Assembly: GCA_963702005.1 (NCBI GenBank)
Contig: OY969696.1
Span: 3,040,001-3,104,000, forward strand
Length of the DNA stretch: 64,000 nt
Source of the DNA: Candidatus Aminicenantes bacterium
Lineage (GTDB): Bacteria; Acidobacteriota; Aminicenantia; Aminicenantales; JAFGBC01
Direction of reading: 5' to 3'
The notes beneath the pieces are model-generated. The model made no database searches, had not been told where the DNA came from, and saw only the letters and a program-made list of their open reading frames with translations. This document shows, piece by piece, positions 22,279-31,992 of this stretch (position 1 is the first letter of the stretch; each line of letters starts with the position of its first letter). Made by a program: the position numbers and the translations under genes.

Positions 22279-23022
22279 CTATTTTTTTGTTTTCAGGAGG
22301 AGCGCACGGCGTTTGGCCGGGGGAAATCTCTCGATGGCGTAGCGGAGGGTCGTCCGGGGAATGCGGGGACCGTGCTTGAGCAGGAAGGCCTCGAGGGACG
22401 CCATGTCCTGCTTCCCCGCCTCGCGCAGGAGCCAGCCGGCCGCCTTGTGGATGAGGTCGTCTTCGGAGTCGAAGTGGGACCGGGCCATTTCATAGACGGC
22501 AGCCTTGAATTCGGGGCGTTTGGCGAGCTTGATGAAAGAGACAAGGGACGCCCGCCGGACCCAGCGGCTGGGATGGACAGCCCAGGCCTTGATCTCCCTC
22601 CTGAGCTCGGGATAGGCGGTCAGCAGAGCCCCGCCCGCGTAAGGGCAGAGGACATCGACCGAAGCCCAATTGTCGAGATAAGAAGCGGCCAGCCAGTCCT
22701 TGATTTTGTCGAACAGGTCTCGGGGAAAGGACTTCTTGAAGCGCAGGAGGATGAACGCTCCCAACGCTTTGTATTCGAGCTCGGGCCGGGGAAAGACGAG
22801 GTCGCAGAGTTTCACGGCGTCCGCCGCCGTCCAGGTCCCCTTGATGTCGTTGTAAAGGCCGGTGACGATCGCCCCGATTTCCGGGGAGGACAGCCCGAAC
22901 AGCTTGACCCGCTCCTTGAAATACTTCTGCCCTTGAGCCGCCCTGGCGGGATCGGCCTTGGACTTGAACAGGTCGGCCGCTTTTGCGGCGACTTCCTGGG
23001 CGGACAACTTATACCGATCCAT
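22279..23022 (-). CDS. DNA alkylation repair protein (AlkD-like)
   Basis: DNWASVD, WVRRAS, DLIHKAAGWLLREAGK, PRTTLRYAIERF. Confidence 0.88.
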   Translation of the reverse strand: MDRYKLSAQEVAAKAADLFKSKADPARAAQGQKYFKERVKLFGLSSPEIGAIVTGLYNDIKGTWTAADAVKLCDLVFPRPELEYKALGAFILLRFKKSFPRDLFDKIKDWLAASYLDNWASVDVLCPYAGGALLTAYPELRREIKAWAVHPSRWVRRASLVSFIKLAKRPEFKAAVYEMARSHFDSEDDLIHKAAGWLLREAGKQDMASLEAFLLKHGPRIPRTTLRYAIERFPPAKRRALLLKTKK

Positions 23023-23042
23023 GCTTGCCTCCTCTTTAAGCC

Positions 23043-24158
23043 TCAGACGAACGCGGAAAAAACGCTGTTGGCAACAAGCCAGCGTTCTTCCGGTATGGAA
23101 AGGCGGTCTTCCTCGACCGTAAGCCACCCCTCCTCCGCCAGCTCCCCGATCGCCTCCCGGTACCGTTCCCTGATATCGACCCCGAAGCGCCTCCGGATAT
23201 CCGAGGGGCGAATCCCTTCCCGGAGCCTGAGCCCGAAAATGACGGCCTCGGCGGCCAGGCGGCCGGGATCGAGGCTGAGGACCTCAATCTTCGGATCGCC
23301 GCCGTCGGCCAGGGTCCGGCTCCAGTCATCGACGTCCGCCCTGTTGCACCATCGCCTATGTCCGAGATGAGAGCAGGCCGAGGGGCCGACTCCGAGAAAC
23401 GGCTCGTAGCGCCAGTATTTGAGATTGTGGAGGCAGCGCCGGCCGGGCCGGCTGAAGTTCGAAATCTCATAGTGCTCGTATCCGAGCCGGGATAAACTCC
23501 GGCACAGCCCCGCGTGGGCTTCGGCGACGGCATCGTCGTCCGGGGGATTCTGCCGGACGACGGCTTCAAAAGGAAGCCCCTCGACCTCCTCGAGAATATA
23601 GACGGAAACGTGGTCGGGAGCGAGGCGGCTGACCCCATCCAGGATTTCGGCCGCCCGGCCGCCGCCTTCGCCCGGAACGCCGATCATGAAGTCGAGGTTG
23701 ATGTTGTCGAATCCGGCCCGGCGGCAGGCGTCATAGATGCCGATCGCCTCGGAGGACGAATGCTCCCGGCCCAACGTCTCGAGAATGCGGTCGTCAAAGG
23801 ATTGGACGCCGAGGCTGAGCCTCGTCACCCCGGCGGCCTTCCATCCCCGGAGGAGGAGCGGATCGAGACGGCCCGGATTGGCTTCGAGCGTGAATTCCCG
23901 GAACTTGGCCCTCAAAGCCGTTGCCAGATCACCGGCCAGCCTGGATATATCGTCCGGTTGGAGAAGGGACGGCGTCCCCCCGCCCAGATAGAGGGTGTCG
24001 AACTCGAGGTCCAGCCCGGCCCAGCGGCCGGCCTCCGCGGCGATCCCTTCCTGCCAGCCCCTCAAGCGCCTTTCATCGTAGGGCACGCTCAGGAAATGAC
24101 AATAGGGGCACTTATTTCGACAGAACGGAAAATGGACGTAGAGGCCCGCCGATTCCAT
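23043..24158 (-). CDS. hemW: Radical SAM heme chaperone HemW
   Basis: YVHFPFCRNKCPYCHF, GGGTPS, YEISNFS and HNLKYW motifs. Confidence 0.92.
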   Translation of the reverse strand: MESAGLYVHFPFCRNKCPYCHFLSVPYDERRLRGWQEGIAAEAGRWAGLDLEFDTLYLGGGTPSLLQPDDISRLAGDLATALRAKFREFTLEANPGRLDPLLLRGWKAAGVTRLSLGVQSFDDRILETLGREHSSSEAIGIYDACRRAGFDNINLDFMIGVPGEGGGRAAEILDGVSRLAPDHVSVYILEEVEGLPFEAVVRQNPPDDDAVAEAHAGLCRSLSRLGYEHYEISNFSRPGRRCLHNLKYWRYEPFLGVGPSACSHLGHRRWCNRADVDDWSRTLADGGDPKIEVLSLDPGRLAAEAVIFGLRLREGIRPSDIRRRFGVDIRERYREAIGELAEEGWLTVEEDRLSIPEERWLVANSVFSAFV

Positions 24159-24216
24159 GGGATGCCATGATAATAGAATCGGGCCGGCCGCGGCAATCGG
24201 GAAAAAACCGCTCAGG

Positions 24217-24753
24217 TCATTCGTAGGCGATCACGGCGCCGTGGAAGCGGAGCCGGTCGACCCCATCGTAAAAAACGACGTAGAGGGCGTACGAGTAACG
24301 GGTGTTGTCGACGACGGCGTTGGCGACCGTCTTATCCTCGACGATGCGCCGATCGATGATGCAGGGGACGCCCTCGGTCGTGGTCATGGCCATGGTCTGG
24401 AGCTTCCCGGTCGCCAGGTCATGGCGCATGAGATTCACGACCAACTCCTGGTTGGCGCCGCAGGCATTGTCCGTGTAATAGACGGTCAGGCTCTTAACCC
24501 GAACCCCTTGGGACAGGTTCAACGGAACGTAGGCGTAAGAATTGACCGGGGCCGACAGGTTGTTAGCGAAGTAAAAAGCATCCGAGTTGGACACCCAGGG
24601 AAGGGCGTCGTTCTTGAAATCGGCCGGCTTGAGGGCGGTCGGGGGGACGGACAGAGACCTGAGGGTCGCCGGGGCCGCGCCCGCTCCGCCGGCCGAGGCC
24701 AGAATCGAGACGAGACCGAGGACGGCCGTCAAGACTATCTCAAAACGTTTCAT
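24217..24753 (-). CDS. Secreted hypothetical protein
   Basis: Signal peptide MKRFEIVLTAVLGLVSILASA; beta-rich; RBS AGAGGA. Confidence 0.7.
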   Translation of the reverse strand: MKRFEIVLTAVLGLVSILASAGGAGAAPATLRSLSVPPTALKPADFKNDALPWVSNSDAFYFANNLSAPVNSYAYVPLNLSQGVRVKSLTVYYTDNACGANQELVVNLMRHDLATGKLQTMAMTTTEGVPCIIDRRIVEDKTVANAVVDNTRYSYALYVVFYDGVDRLRFHGAVIAYE

Positions 24754-24837
24754 GTTAATTCCTCTAATTCCTATAGATTTTGTAGTTATAATACAGAAAG
24801 GCGGGGGCGCTGTCAAGGGTATCGGGCGGAAGCTCCG

Positions 24838-26019
24838 TTAAAGTGCGATGGCTTCGGTCTCGAAATTCTCGGTCAATGCGATCATCCCGGGAGTCTTCCC
24901 GAACTTGCGGACGTAGTGAACCTCGATGTCCTGGCTCAGGCCGTCCAGGATGTTCTTGCGGGCCAGGACCACGGCGCAGCCGCCGAAGCCCGCCCCGGTC
25001 AGCCGGGCCCCGCTGGCACCCGAGGCCCGCGCCGACTCGACGATGAAGTCGAGCTCGGGGGCGCTGACCTCGTAGTCCTCCTTGAGGCTCCGGTGGGATT
25101 CAAAGAAGAGCCGGCCGACCTGCTCCAGGTCGTCGGCCTGGAGGGCCTTGACGGCCTCGAGGACGCGGCCGTCCTCGGAAACGACGTGGGCCGCCCGCCG
25201 CCGGACCGTCTCGGGCAGACCGTTTTGATAGCGGGCGAACATTTCGGGGTCGACGTCGCGCAGGGCTTTGACGGCCGGGGCCTTGACCTGGAAGTAGCGG
25301 ACGGCCTCGTCGCACTCGGCCCGCCTTTGGTTGTAGGCGGACTGGGCCAGCTCGCGCTTGACCCTGGTGTCCACGATCAGGAGACCGTGCTTGGCCAAGC
25401 GGAGCGGCACGTTCTCGTAGGCGAGGCTCCGGCAGTCCAGGAACAGCGCGTGGTTTTTTCGTCCCAGCCGGCAGACGAATTGATCCATGATCCCGCAGTT
25501 GACTCCGACAAAGGCGTTCTCAGCTTTTTGGGCAAGCAGGCTCATCCGGACCGGGTCGAGCCCGAGCCCGAAGGCTTTGTCCAGGCCGTAGGCGGTGGCG
25601 ACCTCGATGGCCGCCGAGGAACTGAGGCCCGAGGCGATCGGGACGTCGCCGTAAACGACGCCTTCGCTCCCCTTGAAATCGACCCCGGCCTCGCCGAGGA
25701 CCTTCATGACGCCCTTGAGGTAGTTCGACCAGTGGTGCCCTTCGCTCCGCTGGATCCCGGCCAGCTCCCACGACGATTTCTCCATGAAGTTCAGCGAGTA
25801 GAAGATGCAGCTGTCGTCCGTTCGGGGCCGGAGGCCGATATAGACGGCCCGGTTGATGGTCGTCGGAAAGACATAGCCCTCGTTGTAGTCTGTATGCTCT
25901 CCGATGAGGTTGACCCGGCCCGGCGTCCGGACCAAGATCATGCCCTCCGCGCTCTCGAATTCGCGCTTGAAGACCTCGATGATCTGGTTGTAGATCACGG
26001 CCTGGGTTTTATCCGGCAT
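24838..26019 (-). CDS. galK: Galactokinase
   Basis: PGRVNLIGEHTDYN, GLSSSAA, CGIMDQ, GARLTGAGFGG. Confidence 0.96.
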   Translation of the reverse strand: MPDKTQAVIYNQIIEVFKREFESAEGMILVRTPGRVNLIGEHTDYNEGYVFPTTINRAVYIGLRPRTDDSCIFYSLNFMEKSSWELAGIQRSEGHHWSNYLKGVMKVLGEAGVDFKGSEGVVYGDVPIASGLSSSAAIEVATAYGLDKAFGLGLDPVRMSLLAQKAENAFVGVNCGIMDQFVCRLGRKNHALFLDCRSLAYENVPLRLAKHGLLIVDTRVKRELAQSAYNQRRAECDEAVRYFQVKAPAVKALRDVDPEMFARYQNGLPETVRRRAAHVVSEDGRVLEAVKALQADDLEQVGRLFFESHRSLKEDYEVSAPELDFIVESARASGASGARLTGAGFGGCAVVLARKNILDGLSQDIEVHYVRKFGKTPGMIALTENFETEAIAL

Positions 26020-26140
26020 TCCCTCACTCCTCGGCGGATATCAATCCTATGATCCGACACGCCCCAAAATAGCATCCGACGCGGAGGGATGTCAACTCGG
26101 AACGGAACCTTCGCCGGGCGGCTTATGGACCTGACGATAA

Positions 26141-26395
26141 TTATTTCTGCGCGGAGCCGCCCCTCCGATTCCGCCCCTTGACCAGCGCCACGACGATGAG
26201 CAGGGCGCCGACAAGAAGGACGACCCCGCCCCAGATCAGGTTGACGTTGAGGCCGAAGGATTTCGCGTACTCGGAAGGGTTGCTCAGGAGTCCGTAGAGG
26301 ACGAGGACGACGCCGTAAAAGACGAGGAGCCCGCCCAGCGGAATCCTGAGGTCGAGGAAATGGAACTTGCCGCCGCTCTTTTCGGTTTGATCCAT
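26141..26395 (-). CDS. Small two-TM membrane protein accompanying the SSS transporter
   Basis: DLRIPLGGL...NVNLIWG; directly downstream of the symporter. Confidence 0.75.
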   Translation of the reverse strand: MDQTEKSGGKFHFLDLRIPLGGLLVFYGVVLVLYGLLSNPSEYAKSFGLNVNLIWGGVVLLVGALLIVVALVKGRNRRGGSAQK

Positions 26396-26421
26396 GATCG
26401 TCTCCTTTCAGGATCCCGCGC

Positions 26422-28041
26422 TTACCAGAAGAGGAGGTTGAGGATGAAGGCCGCCACCAGCACCGCCGAGCCCCAAACCTCGGGCCTGAGCAGGAATCGG
26501 GCGGCGGCCTTGGCCTTGGGCGAGACGCCGTAGACGAGGCCGGCCAGCTCGCTCACGGGCTTCTTCCGCGTGACCAGGCTGACGCCTATCGTCACCACGA
26601 AGTCGGTCGACCAGGCCCACCAGGCCTGATAGAAATTGGCGCCCATCTCGCTCGCGTATTTGATCGTTCCTGTCTTATAAAGGGCGTAGTGGCCGGCCGC
26701 GGCCAGGATCCCGGCCAAGAGCCCGCAGAATCCGCCCTTGGGGCTCGCCCGTTTCCAGAACATGCCGAGCAGGAAGGTCGCGAACAGCGGGGCGTTGAAG
26801 AAAGAGAAGATGAGCTGCATGTAATCCATCAGGTTGGGGAAGCCCTGGACGATGAAAGCCGTCCCGACGCTGAGGACGATCCCGACGACCGTCGTCCACT
26901 TCCCCATCAAGAGGTAGTGCCGGTCGGGCATGCCCTTTTTGATGTAGCTTCCGTAGATGTCGTAGGTCCAGACCGTGTTGAAGGCCGTCACGTTCCCGGC
27001 CATCCCCGACATGAAGCTCGCCAGCAGCCCGGTGATGGCCAGGCCCAGGAGGCCGTTCGGGAGGTAATGGGACATTAGCAGAATCAGGGCCGAGTTGTAG
27101 TTGGGAGTTTGTCCGGCCGCCTGCTGGAATTGGGGCAGCACGGCCACGGCCAGCAGGCCCGGGGTGACGACGATGAGGGGGACGATCATCTTAGGGAAGG
27201 CGGCGATGATCGGTGTCCGGCGGGCCGCGGCCAGGTTCTCGGAGGCGAGCGCCCGCTGGACGACCAGGAAGTCCGTCGTCCAGTAGCCGAAGGACAGGAC
27301 GAAGCCCAGTCCGAGGACGACGCCCAGCCACTCGATCCCGAGCGGATTGGCCGATGAGCTCCCCAAATTCTTCCAGGCGTGGAGGAAGGACGCCGGGACC
27401 TTGGCGATGAAACCCTGGAAGCCGCCGACCTCTTTCAGCCCGAGAAAGACGATCGGGAGCAGGCCGAGCCAGATCAGGAAGAACTGGATGACTTCGTTGT
27501 AGATGGACGAGGACAGCCCGCCCCAGAAAATATAGAGGAGAACGACCAGGGCCGAGACGAGGATGCTCGTCATCAAAGACCAGCCGAGCATGAGCTTGAA
27601 GAGGAGGGCCATCGCGTACATCGAGATCCCGCTCATGAGAAGGGTCATGATGGCGAACGAGATCGCGTTCAGGCCGTGGGTGGCGTTGTTGTAGCGACGC
27701 TTGAGATACTCGGGGACGCTTTTGACCTTGCTTTCATAGTAGAAGGGCATCATGAAGATGCCCAGAAAGACCATGGCCGGGATGGCCCCGATCCAGTAGA
27801 AATGGACGGTCAGGATCCCGTACTTGGCCGAGTTGGCGACCATGCCTATAATCTCCAGAGCCCCCAGGTTCGCGGACAGGAAGGCCAGGCCCGTGATCCA
27901 GCTCGGCAAGGAGCGGCCCGACAGGAAGAAGTCTTCCCCGGTCTTCATGTATTTTTTCAGGCCGTAGCCGACGAGGACGGTCACGACCAGGTAGCCGACG
28001 ATGATGAGGTAATCGACGAGATTGACGCTGATGGGATTCAT
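26422..28041 (-). CDS. Sodium:solute symporter (probable Na+/galactose)
   Basis: DFFLSGRSLP, SANLGALE and YWTTDFLVVQRAL motifs; multiple TM segments; upstream of galK. Confidence 0.92.
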   Translation of the reverse strand: MNPISVNLVDYLIIVGYLVVTVLVGYGLKKYMKTGEDFFLSGRSLPSWITGLAFLSANLGALEIIGMVANSAKYGILTVHFYWIGAIPAMVFLGIFMMPFYYESKVKSVPEYLKRRYNNATHGLNAISFAIMTLLMSGISMYAMALLFKLMLGWSLMTSILVSALVVLLYIFWGGLSSSIYNEVIQFFLIWLGLLPIVFLGLKEVGGFQGFIAKVPASFLHAWKNLGSSSANPLGIEWLGVVLGLGFVLSFGYWTTDFLVVQRALASENLAAARRTPIIAAFPKMIVPLIVVTPGLLAVAVLPQFQQAAGQTPNYNSALILLMSHYLPNGLLGLAITGLLASFMSGMAGNVTAFNTVWTYDIYGSYIKKGMPDRHYLLMGKWTTVVGIVLSVGTAFIVQGFPNLMDYMQLIFSFFNAPLFATFLLGMFWKRASPKGGFCGLLAGILAAAGHYALYKTGTIKYASEMGANFYQAWWAWSTDFVVTIGVSLVTRKKPVSELAGLVYGVSPKAKAAARFLLRPEVWGSAVLVAAFILNLLFW

Positions 28042-28116
28042 GGGTACCTCCTCCGAGGCGTTCTCCGGCCGGGGCCGATTATAAAAACAATCGGGAGATA
28101 AAGCAAGCCATCCCGA

Positions 28117-28145
28117 TTGACAGCGGGCGCATGGCTGACTATCCT
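28117..28145 (+). promoter_or_regulatory. Putative sigma70 promoter of the 28186 gene
   Basis: TTGACA-17 bp-TATCCT; abuts inverted repeat AATCGGGA/TCCCGATT (28089-28118). Confidence 0.55.
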
Positions 28146-28185
28146 GTGATCAGATTGAAGGACGGGATGGTCTAGGGAGGACCTC

Positions 28186-31100
28186 ATGAATAAGAGCCTC
28201 GGTCTATTTTCGCTTTTCGCCTCGGTCGCGCTGGCCGCCGCCTTTCTCTTCTCCGCCCAGGCTCTGGGCCAGGATGGGGGCCAGGCCGGATGGCTCCGCG
28301 TTTACGGAGTCAAGGCCGAGGAGATGCAGGTCCTCAAGGGGCCATCCTTCATGGCCGGATTCCTGGTCGGGACGTCCGTAGTCACCGCCGCGGACGGAAA
28401 TTTCCTCGTCGCCGGATATGTCAGGGCCTACGAGGGCCATCCCGTCGAGCTGGCGGTTTTCAAGATCGACCCGGCCGGCACCATCCTTTGGTACAAAGAG
28501 TATGCTCCGCCTAAGGGCCGATTTCCGGGGACTCCGTCCTTCCCCAGGGACCAGTGCGGATGGGCTCAGCTTGTGCCGCTCAACGACGGCGGCGCGCTCG
28601 TCGCTTTCGGGTCGGTCGTCCTCCACATCGAAAAGAACGGCAGGCCCGCCGAAGCCATCGAACTCAGACCGGCCGGACCGCCGGGAGACAAGGAGGGCTC
28701 CTCTTTCCTCCTCAAGAACCTGATATCGCTCGGCGAGCGCGGATTCGCCGTCGCCGGCGTATACACGCCGCCGTCCATAGCCCATAAGTTCGCCTCCATC
28801 TTCGCGGCCCGCATCGATTACAGCGGCGAGATCGTCTGGGCCCAGAACTATCCCGGCCTCGAGCCCTGCGAGCAACCTTCTCTCCTGGTCTCCCCCAGCG
28901 GGGCTTGGATCATCGGCAGCGAGCCCAAAGCCATCGCCGGGATTAATCCTAAAACAGGAGAGGCCGTCTGGGCCTGGACCGTGTTTCATCAGCCGTTCCA
29001 GCGCGGCCTCAAGGAGCGCCCGGACGTAGGCAGGCTTCTTCACTACCGCAGCCTCAGCCTGGCATCCAATGGCGATATTATTTTCAGCGGAATCTACGAC
29101 CTCTCCTGGTCAACCTATAGGGCGCCCGCCGCCCTCCTCGCGCGGATGAACCCGGACGCGAGCGGTTTCAAGTGGATCGAGCGGGTTCACAGCACGGGCC
29201 ACGGCGGATTCAGCGCCGTCAACGCCGTTAAAGCCGTAGGCGAGGATTTCTATCTGGTCGGGACGTCGACCGAATTCGGCGCCTCCGACATCTACATGAA
29301 CAACAACGTCCTGGCCGCCAAAATGAGCGGCAACGGCGCTCTTCAGTGGATCCGCTCGATCGGAAAGAAGAAGCTGTCGACCGCCGAGTCCGAATACTGC
29401 AACGAGATGGGAAACGCTCTGGCCTTGACGGCCGACGGAGGCCTGATCCTGGCCGGCGCCTCGAACTCCTTCGCCCACCCCGATCCCGGCTTCCACATGG
29501 TCATACGCTGGACGGAAATGCACTATGACCTCGTCCTGGCCCGGATCGGGGCCGGCGGCGGAATCGCCAACCTCCCGGCCGGCCGTTACCCGCGAATCCT
29601 GAGTATCGCCGATCCCGGCGATCCGAAAAAGGTCGATGTCGTCAACCCTCCCATGGGAGTCCAGAGGCTCGACCTCAAGTCCGAAGAGCTGACGGCCGAA
29701 ACGAACAGGCTGGCTTACTCCTCCCTGACGGGCGAAATCCAGACCCAAATCACAACGTCCGGGACGGGGACGGGCGGAGGCGCGGACTCCCTCACTCCGG
29801 TCGCCGATTTCAAGCTGCTGCCGCCCCCGTCCGAAGGCAGCCCGCGCGTTCTGTTCGACGCCACGATTTCCAAAGCGTCGGAGGGCGCGACGATCATGCG
29901 CTATGATTGGACCTTCGGAGACGGGAAAACGGGAACCTCGGCTAAAACCTGGCACCAATACCCGAGCGCGAACACCTGGGCGGTCGGCCTAACGGTCGTT
30001 GACAGCAAAGGGCGCGAAGCGAGCGTCACCAAGCAGGTCGTCGTGGGTTGTATCGTGCGCGGCAAGGGCATCCCGCCCGCCTTCGCCTCCGGGACGAAGG
30101 CGGATTACACGATCGAAGTCGTGACTGGAGACGTCGAGGACGCCGGAACGGACGCCAACGTTTACATGGCCCTTTACGGGAAAGAGGATGCGAACGGCCA
30201 GCGCAACGCCAGCGGAGACATGTACTTGAGCCCCAGTTACGAATCCGCCTGGAGCTCGAATATATTCGAGCGGGGCCAGAAGAATACTTTTGTGATTACG
30301 GATCAGTGGAGCCTCGACGACGTCGATCACATGATCCTCCGGCATGACAACCTCCCAGACAAACCCGGCTGGTACGTCCAAGGCGTCAAGATCACCAACA
30401 ACACGACCAAGGCCGAATGGATCTTCGTTCCCGACCAATGGCTGGCCGACGACGAAGGCCCCGACCACAGGACCTGGGGAAAGTTCACGCCGGTCGAACC
30501 GTATCCGGCCGGCATTCTCCTCAAAGGCAAACCGGCCAGCCACGGCCTGAGCGCGGCCAGCGACAATGTCGTCATACTTGAAAACGGCCTGACCGAGTTC
30601 TATTTCACGACCTGCGAGAAAGGATGGTTCACCCAAGTCTTCTACTCGAGCGGCGTCCTGCTGGGATCCAGCTCCACGGACGGTTCGGGTCCGATAATCT
30701 TCCCCTATATCAAGAAAGAGCAGTGGGGCGTCAAGTGCGAGACGAGCAAGATCGCCAAGCCGGAATCGTTCAGGGTCCAGATTGGCGATAAGAAGACCCT
30801 GGTCTGGGTTTTTCCCAATAACTGGAAGGGATACGAGGAAGAGGCCCGCAAGATCGCCCTCCTCTACCCGCTCCGCAACGAGACCAGCGTATTCAGCTAC
30901 GCGAGTACAGCCAAGACCTTCCTCCTCGGCCAGGTCAACACGGAGACCTTAGAGCAGATCCTGCTGCCCATCCTCGACTACGGGACGGCCGCCCTGGGGA
31001 TCTTCGGAGATATCCCCGACGAACGTCTCAGCTGGTACCTGGAAAACAACACGGACAAATACACCCAGTACAAGGTTCTCAAGGTTACGGCCCAACTCCT

Positions 31101-31764
31101 CAATAAGGTCGAGACCGACCTCAAGCCGGTCGTTTCCGCGTTCTTCGATTTGATGGATACGTTGTGGAAAGCCAAGAATTGGGCCGAGCGCCTTCCCGAC
31201 GTCATCGGCATCTCGGCCGACGCGCCCAACGCCAACGACCTCCTCAAGCAGCTTGCCGACAACGACCAGAATTTCAACCAGATTATTTACATATTCGCCG
31301 GTCTCAAGACAAAATTCGACGCCCTGGTGACGGCCGTCGGCGCCAACAATCCCTCGACCGCCCGCAGCCTACTCGAGGACCTCCGGGATATCGCGGTCGG
31401 ACCCAACCCGAAAAGCGAGTCCCAGACCAGCCACCTCCTCCACTACGGAGACTACGGGATCACTAGAGCCGGATCGGATACCGCCCACGACTATCCGCTC
31501 GCCCTGCTCCTCATCCTGGAATTCAACAATATCAGGGACTGGAGGAACGGAGGCCATCCCTACCTGAATTCGGCGTGGAGCAAGGAACAATCCGACATGA
31601 GAATGACCCTTCCGAATTACGTGCCGCCCTGGAATCCGGTGACCGCCACCCGAGCGGCGCTGGATTCCTTCGCCCCGATCATCGAGAACATTTCCAACAT
31701 CGCCAGCATCTTCATCGATACGGCCCTCTGCGTCGACGACAAAGATCCGCAGTGGATGAACTGA
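28186..31764 (+). CDS. Large secreted protein: beta-propeller-like region, PKD, PLAT/LH2 and helical C-terminal region
   Basis: Signal peptide; PKD motif YDWTFGDG; PLAT motifs YTIEVVTGDVEDAGTDANVYMALYG, FERGQ, RHDN...GWY and QWL. Confidence 0.8.
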   Translation: MNKSLGLFSLFASVALAAAFLFSAQALGQDGGQAGWLRVYGVKAEEMQVLKGPSFMAGFLVGTSVVTAADGNFLVAGYVRAYEGHPVELAVFKIDPAGTILWYKEYAPPKGRFPGTPSFPRDQCGWAQLVPLNDGGALVAFGSVVLHIEKNGRPAEAIELRPAGPPGDKEGSSFLLKNLISLGERGFAVAGVYTPPSIAHKFASIFAARIDYSGEIVWAQNYPGLEPCEQPSLLVSPSGAWIIGSEPKAIAGINPKTGEAVWAWTVFHQPFQRGLKERPDVGRLLHYRSLSLASNGDIIFSGIYDLSWSTYRAPAALLARMNPDASGFKWIERVHSTGHGGFSAVNAVKAVGEDFYLVGTSTEFGASDIYMNNNVLAAKMSGNGALQWIRSIGKKKLSTAESEYCNEMGNALALTADGGLILAGASNSFAHPDPGFHMVIRWTEMHYDLVLARIGAGGGIANLPAGRYPRILSIADPGDPKKVDVVNPPMGVQRLDLKSEELTAETNRLAYSSLTGEIQTQITTSGTGTGGGADSLTPVADFKLLPPPSEGSPRVLFDATISKASEGATIMRYDWTFGDGKTGTSAKTWHQYPSANTWAVGLTVVDSKGREASVTKQVVVGCIVRGKGIPPAFASGTKADYTIEVVTGDVEDAGTDANVYMALYGKEDANGQRNASGDMYLSPSYESAWSSNIFERGQKNTFVITDQWSLDDVDHMILRHDNLPDKPGWYVQGVKITNNTTKAEWIFVPDQWLADDEGPDHRTWGKFTPVEPYPAGILLKGKPASHGLSAASDNVVILENGLTEFYFTTCEKGWFTQVFYSSGVLLGSSSTDGSGPIIFPYIKKEQWGVKCETSKIAKPESFRVQIGDKKTLVWVFPNNWKGYEEEARKIALLYPLRNETSVFSYASTAKTFLLGQVNTETLEQILLPILDYGTAALGIFGDIPDERLSWYLENNTDKYTQYKVLKVTAQLLNKVETDLKPVVSAFFDLMDTLWKAKNWAERLPDVIGISADAPNANDLLKQLADNDQNFNQIIYIFAGLKTKFDALVTAVGANNPSTARSLLEDLRDIAVGPNPKSESQTSHLLHYGDYGITRAGSDTAHDYPLALLLILEFNNIRDWRNGGHPYLNSAWSKEQSDMRMTLPNYVPPWNPVTATRAALDSFAPIIENISNIASIFIDTALCVDDKDPQWMN

Positions 31765-31791
31765 GGCCGCGGAAAGCGGAATCGGAAGGAG

Positions 31792-31835
31792 CGCGCCCGG
31801 AGGGATTTGAACCCCCGACCTTTGGATTCGTAGTC
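31792..31835 (-). other. tRNA-Arg 3'-half remnant (att scar; ACG anticodon loop)
   Basis: Minus strand GACTACGAATCCAAAGGTCGGGGGTTCAAATCCCTCCGGGCGCG; no D-arm or acceptor 5' strand upstream. Confidence 0.88.
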
Positions 31836-31992
31836 TACAGCCGCATTGCAGCTTGCCCGCACAATGTTTTCCTATAATCCGTAACAAAAGCACCGAACTT
31901 CATCGCGGCGCCGCCGGTCGCCATGACGCCGTGGCCGTCGTCGGCGTTCGCAGTGATCTCGAAATCAGATACCTTGAAGGGCCACCGGCCGA

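Noticed and set aside
19447-23370. 1307-aa plus-strand ORF and other long antisense ORFs (e.g. 1686-3758, 10511-12094, 24157-26052)
   Set aside because: Shadow ORFs opposite well-supported genes in high-GC DNA; no recognisable motifs.
31792-31860. Complete tRNA-Arg(ACG) gene
   Set aside because: Upstream sequence cannot form the D-arm or acceptor 5' strand; only the 3' half is present.
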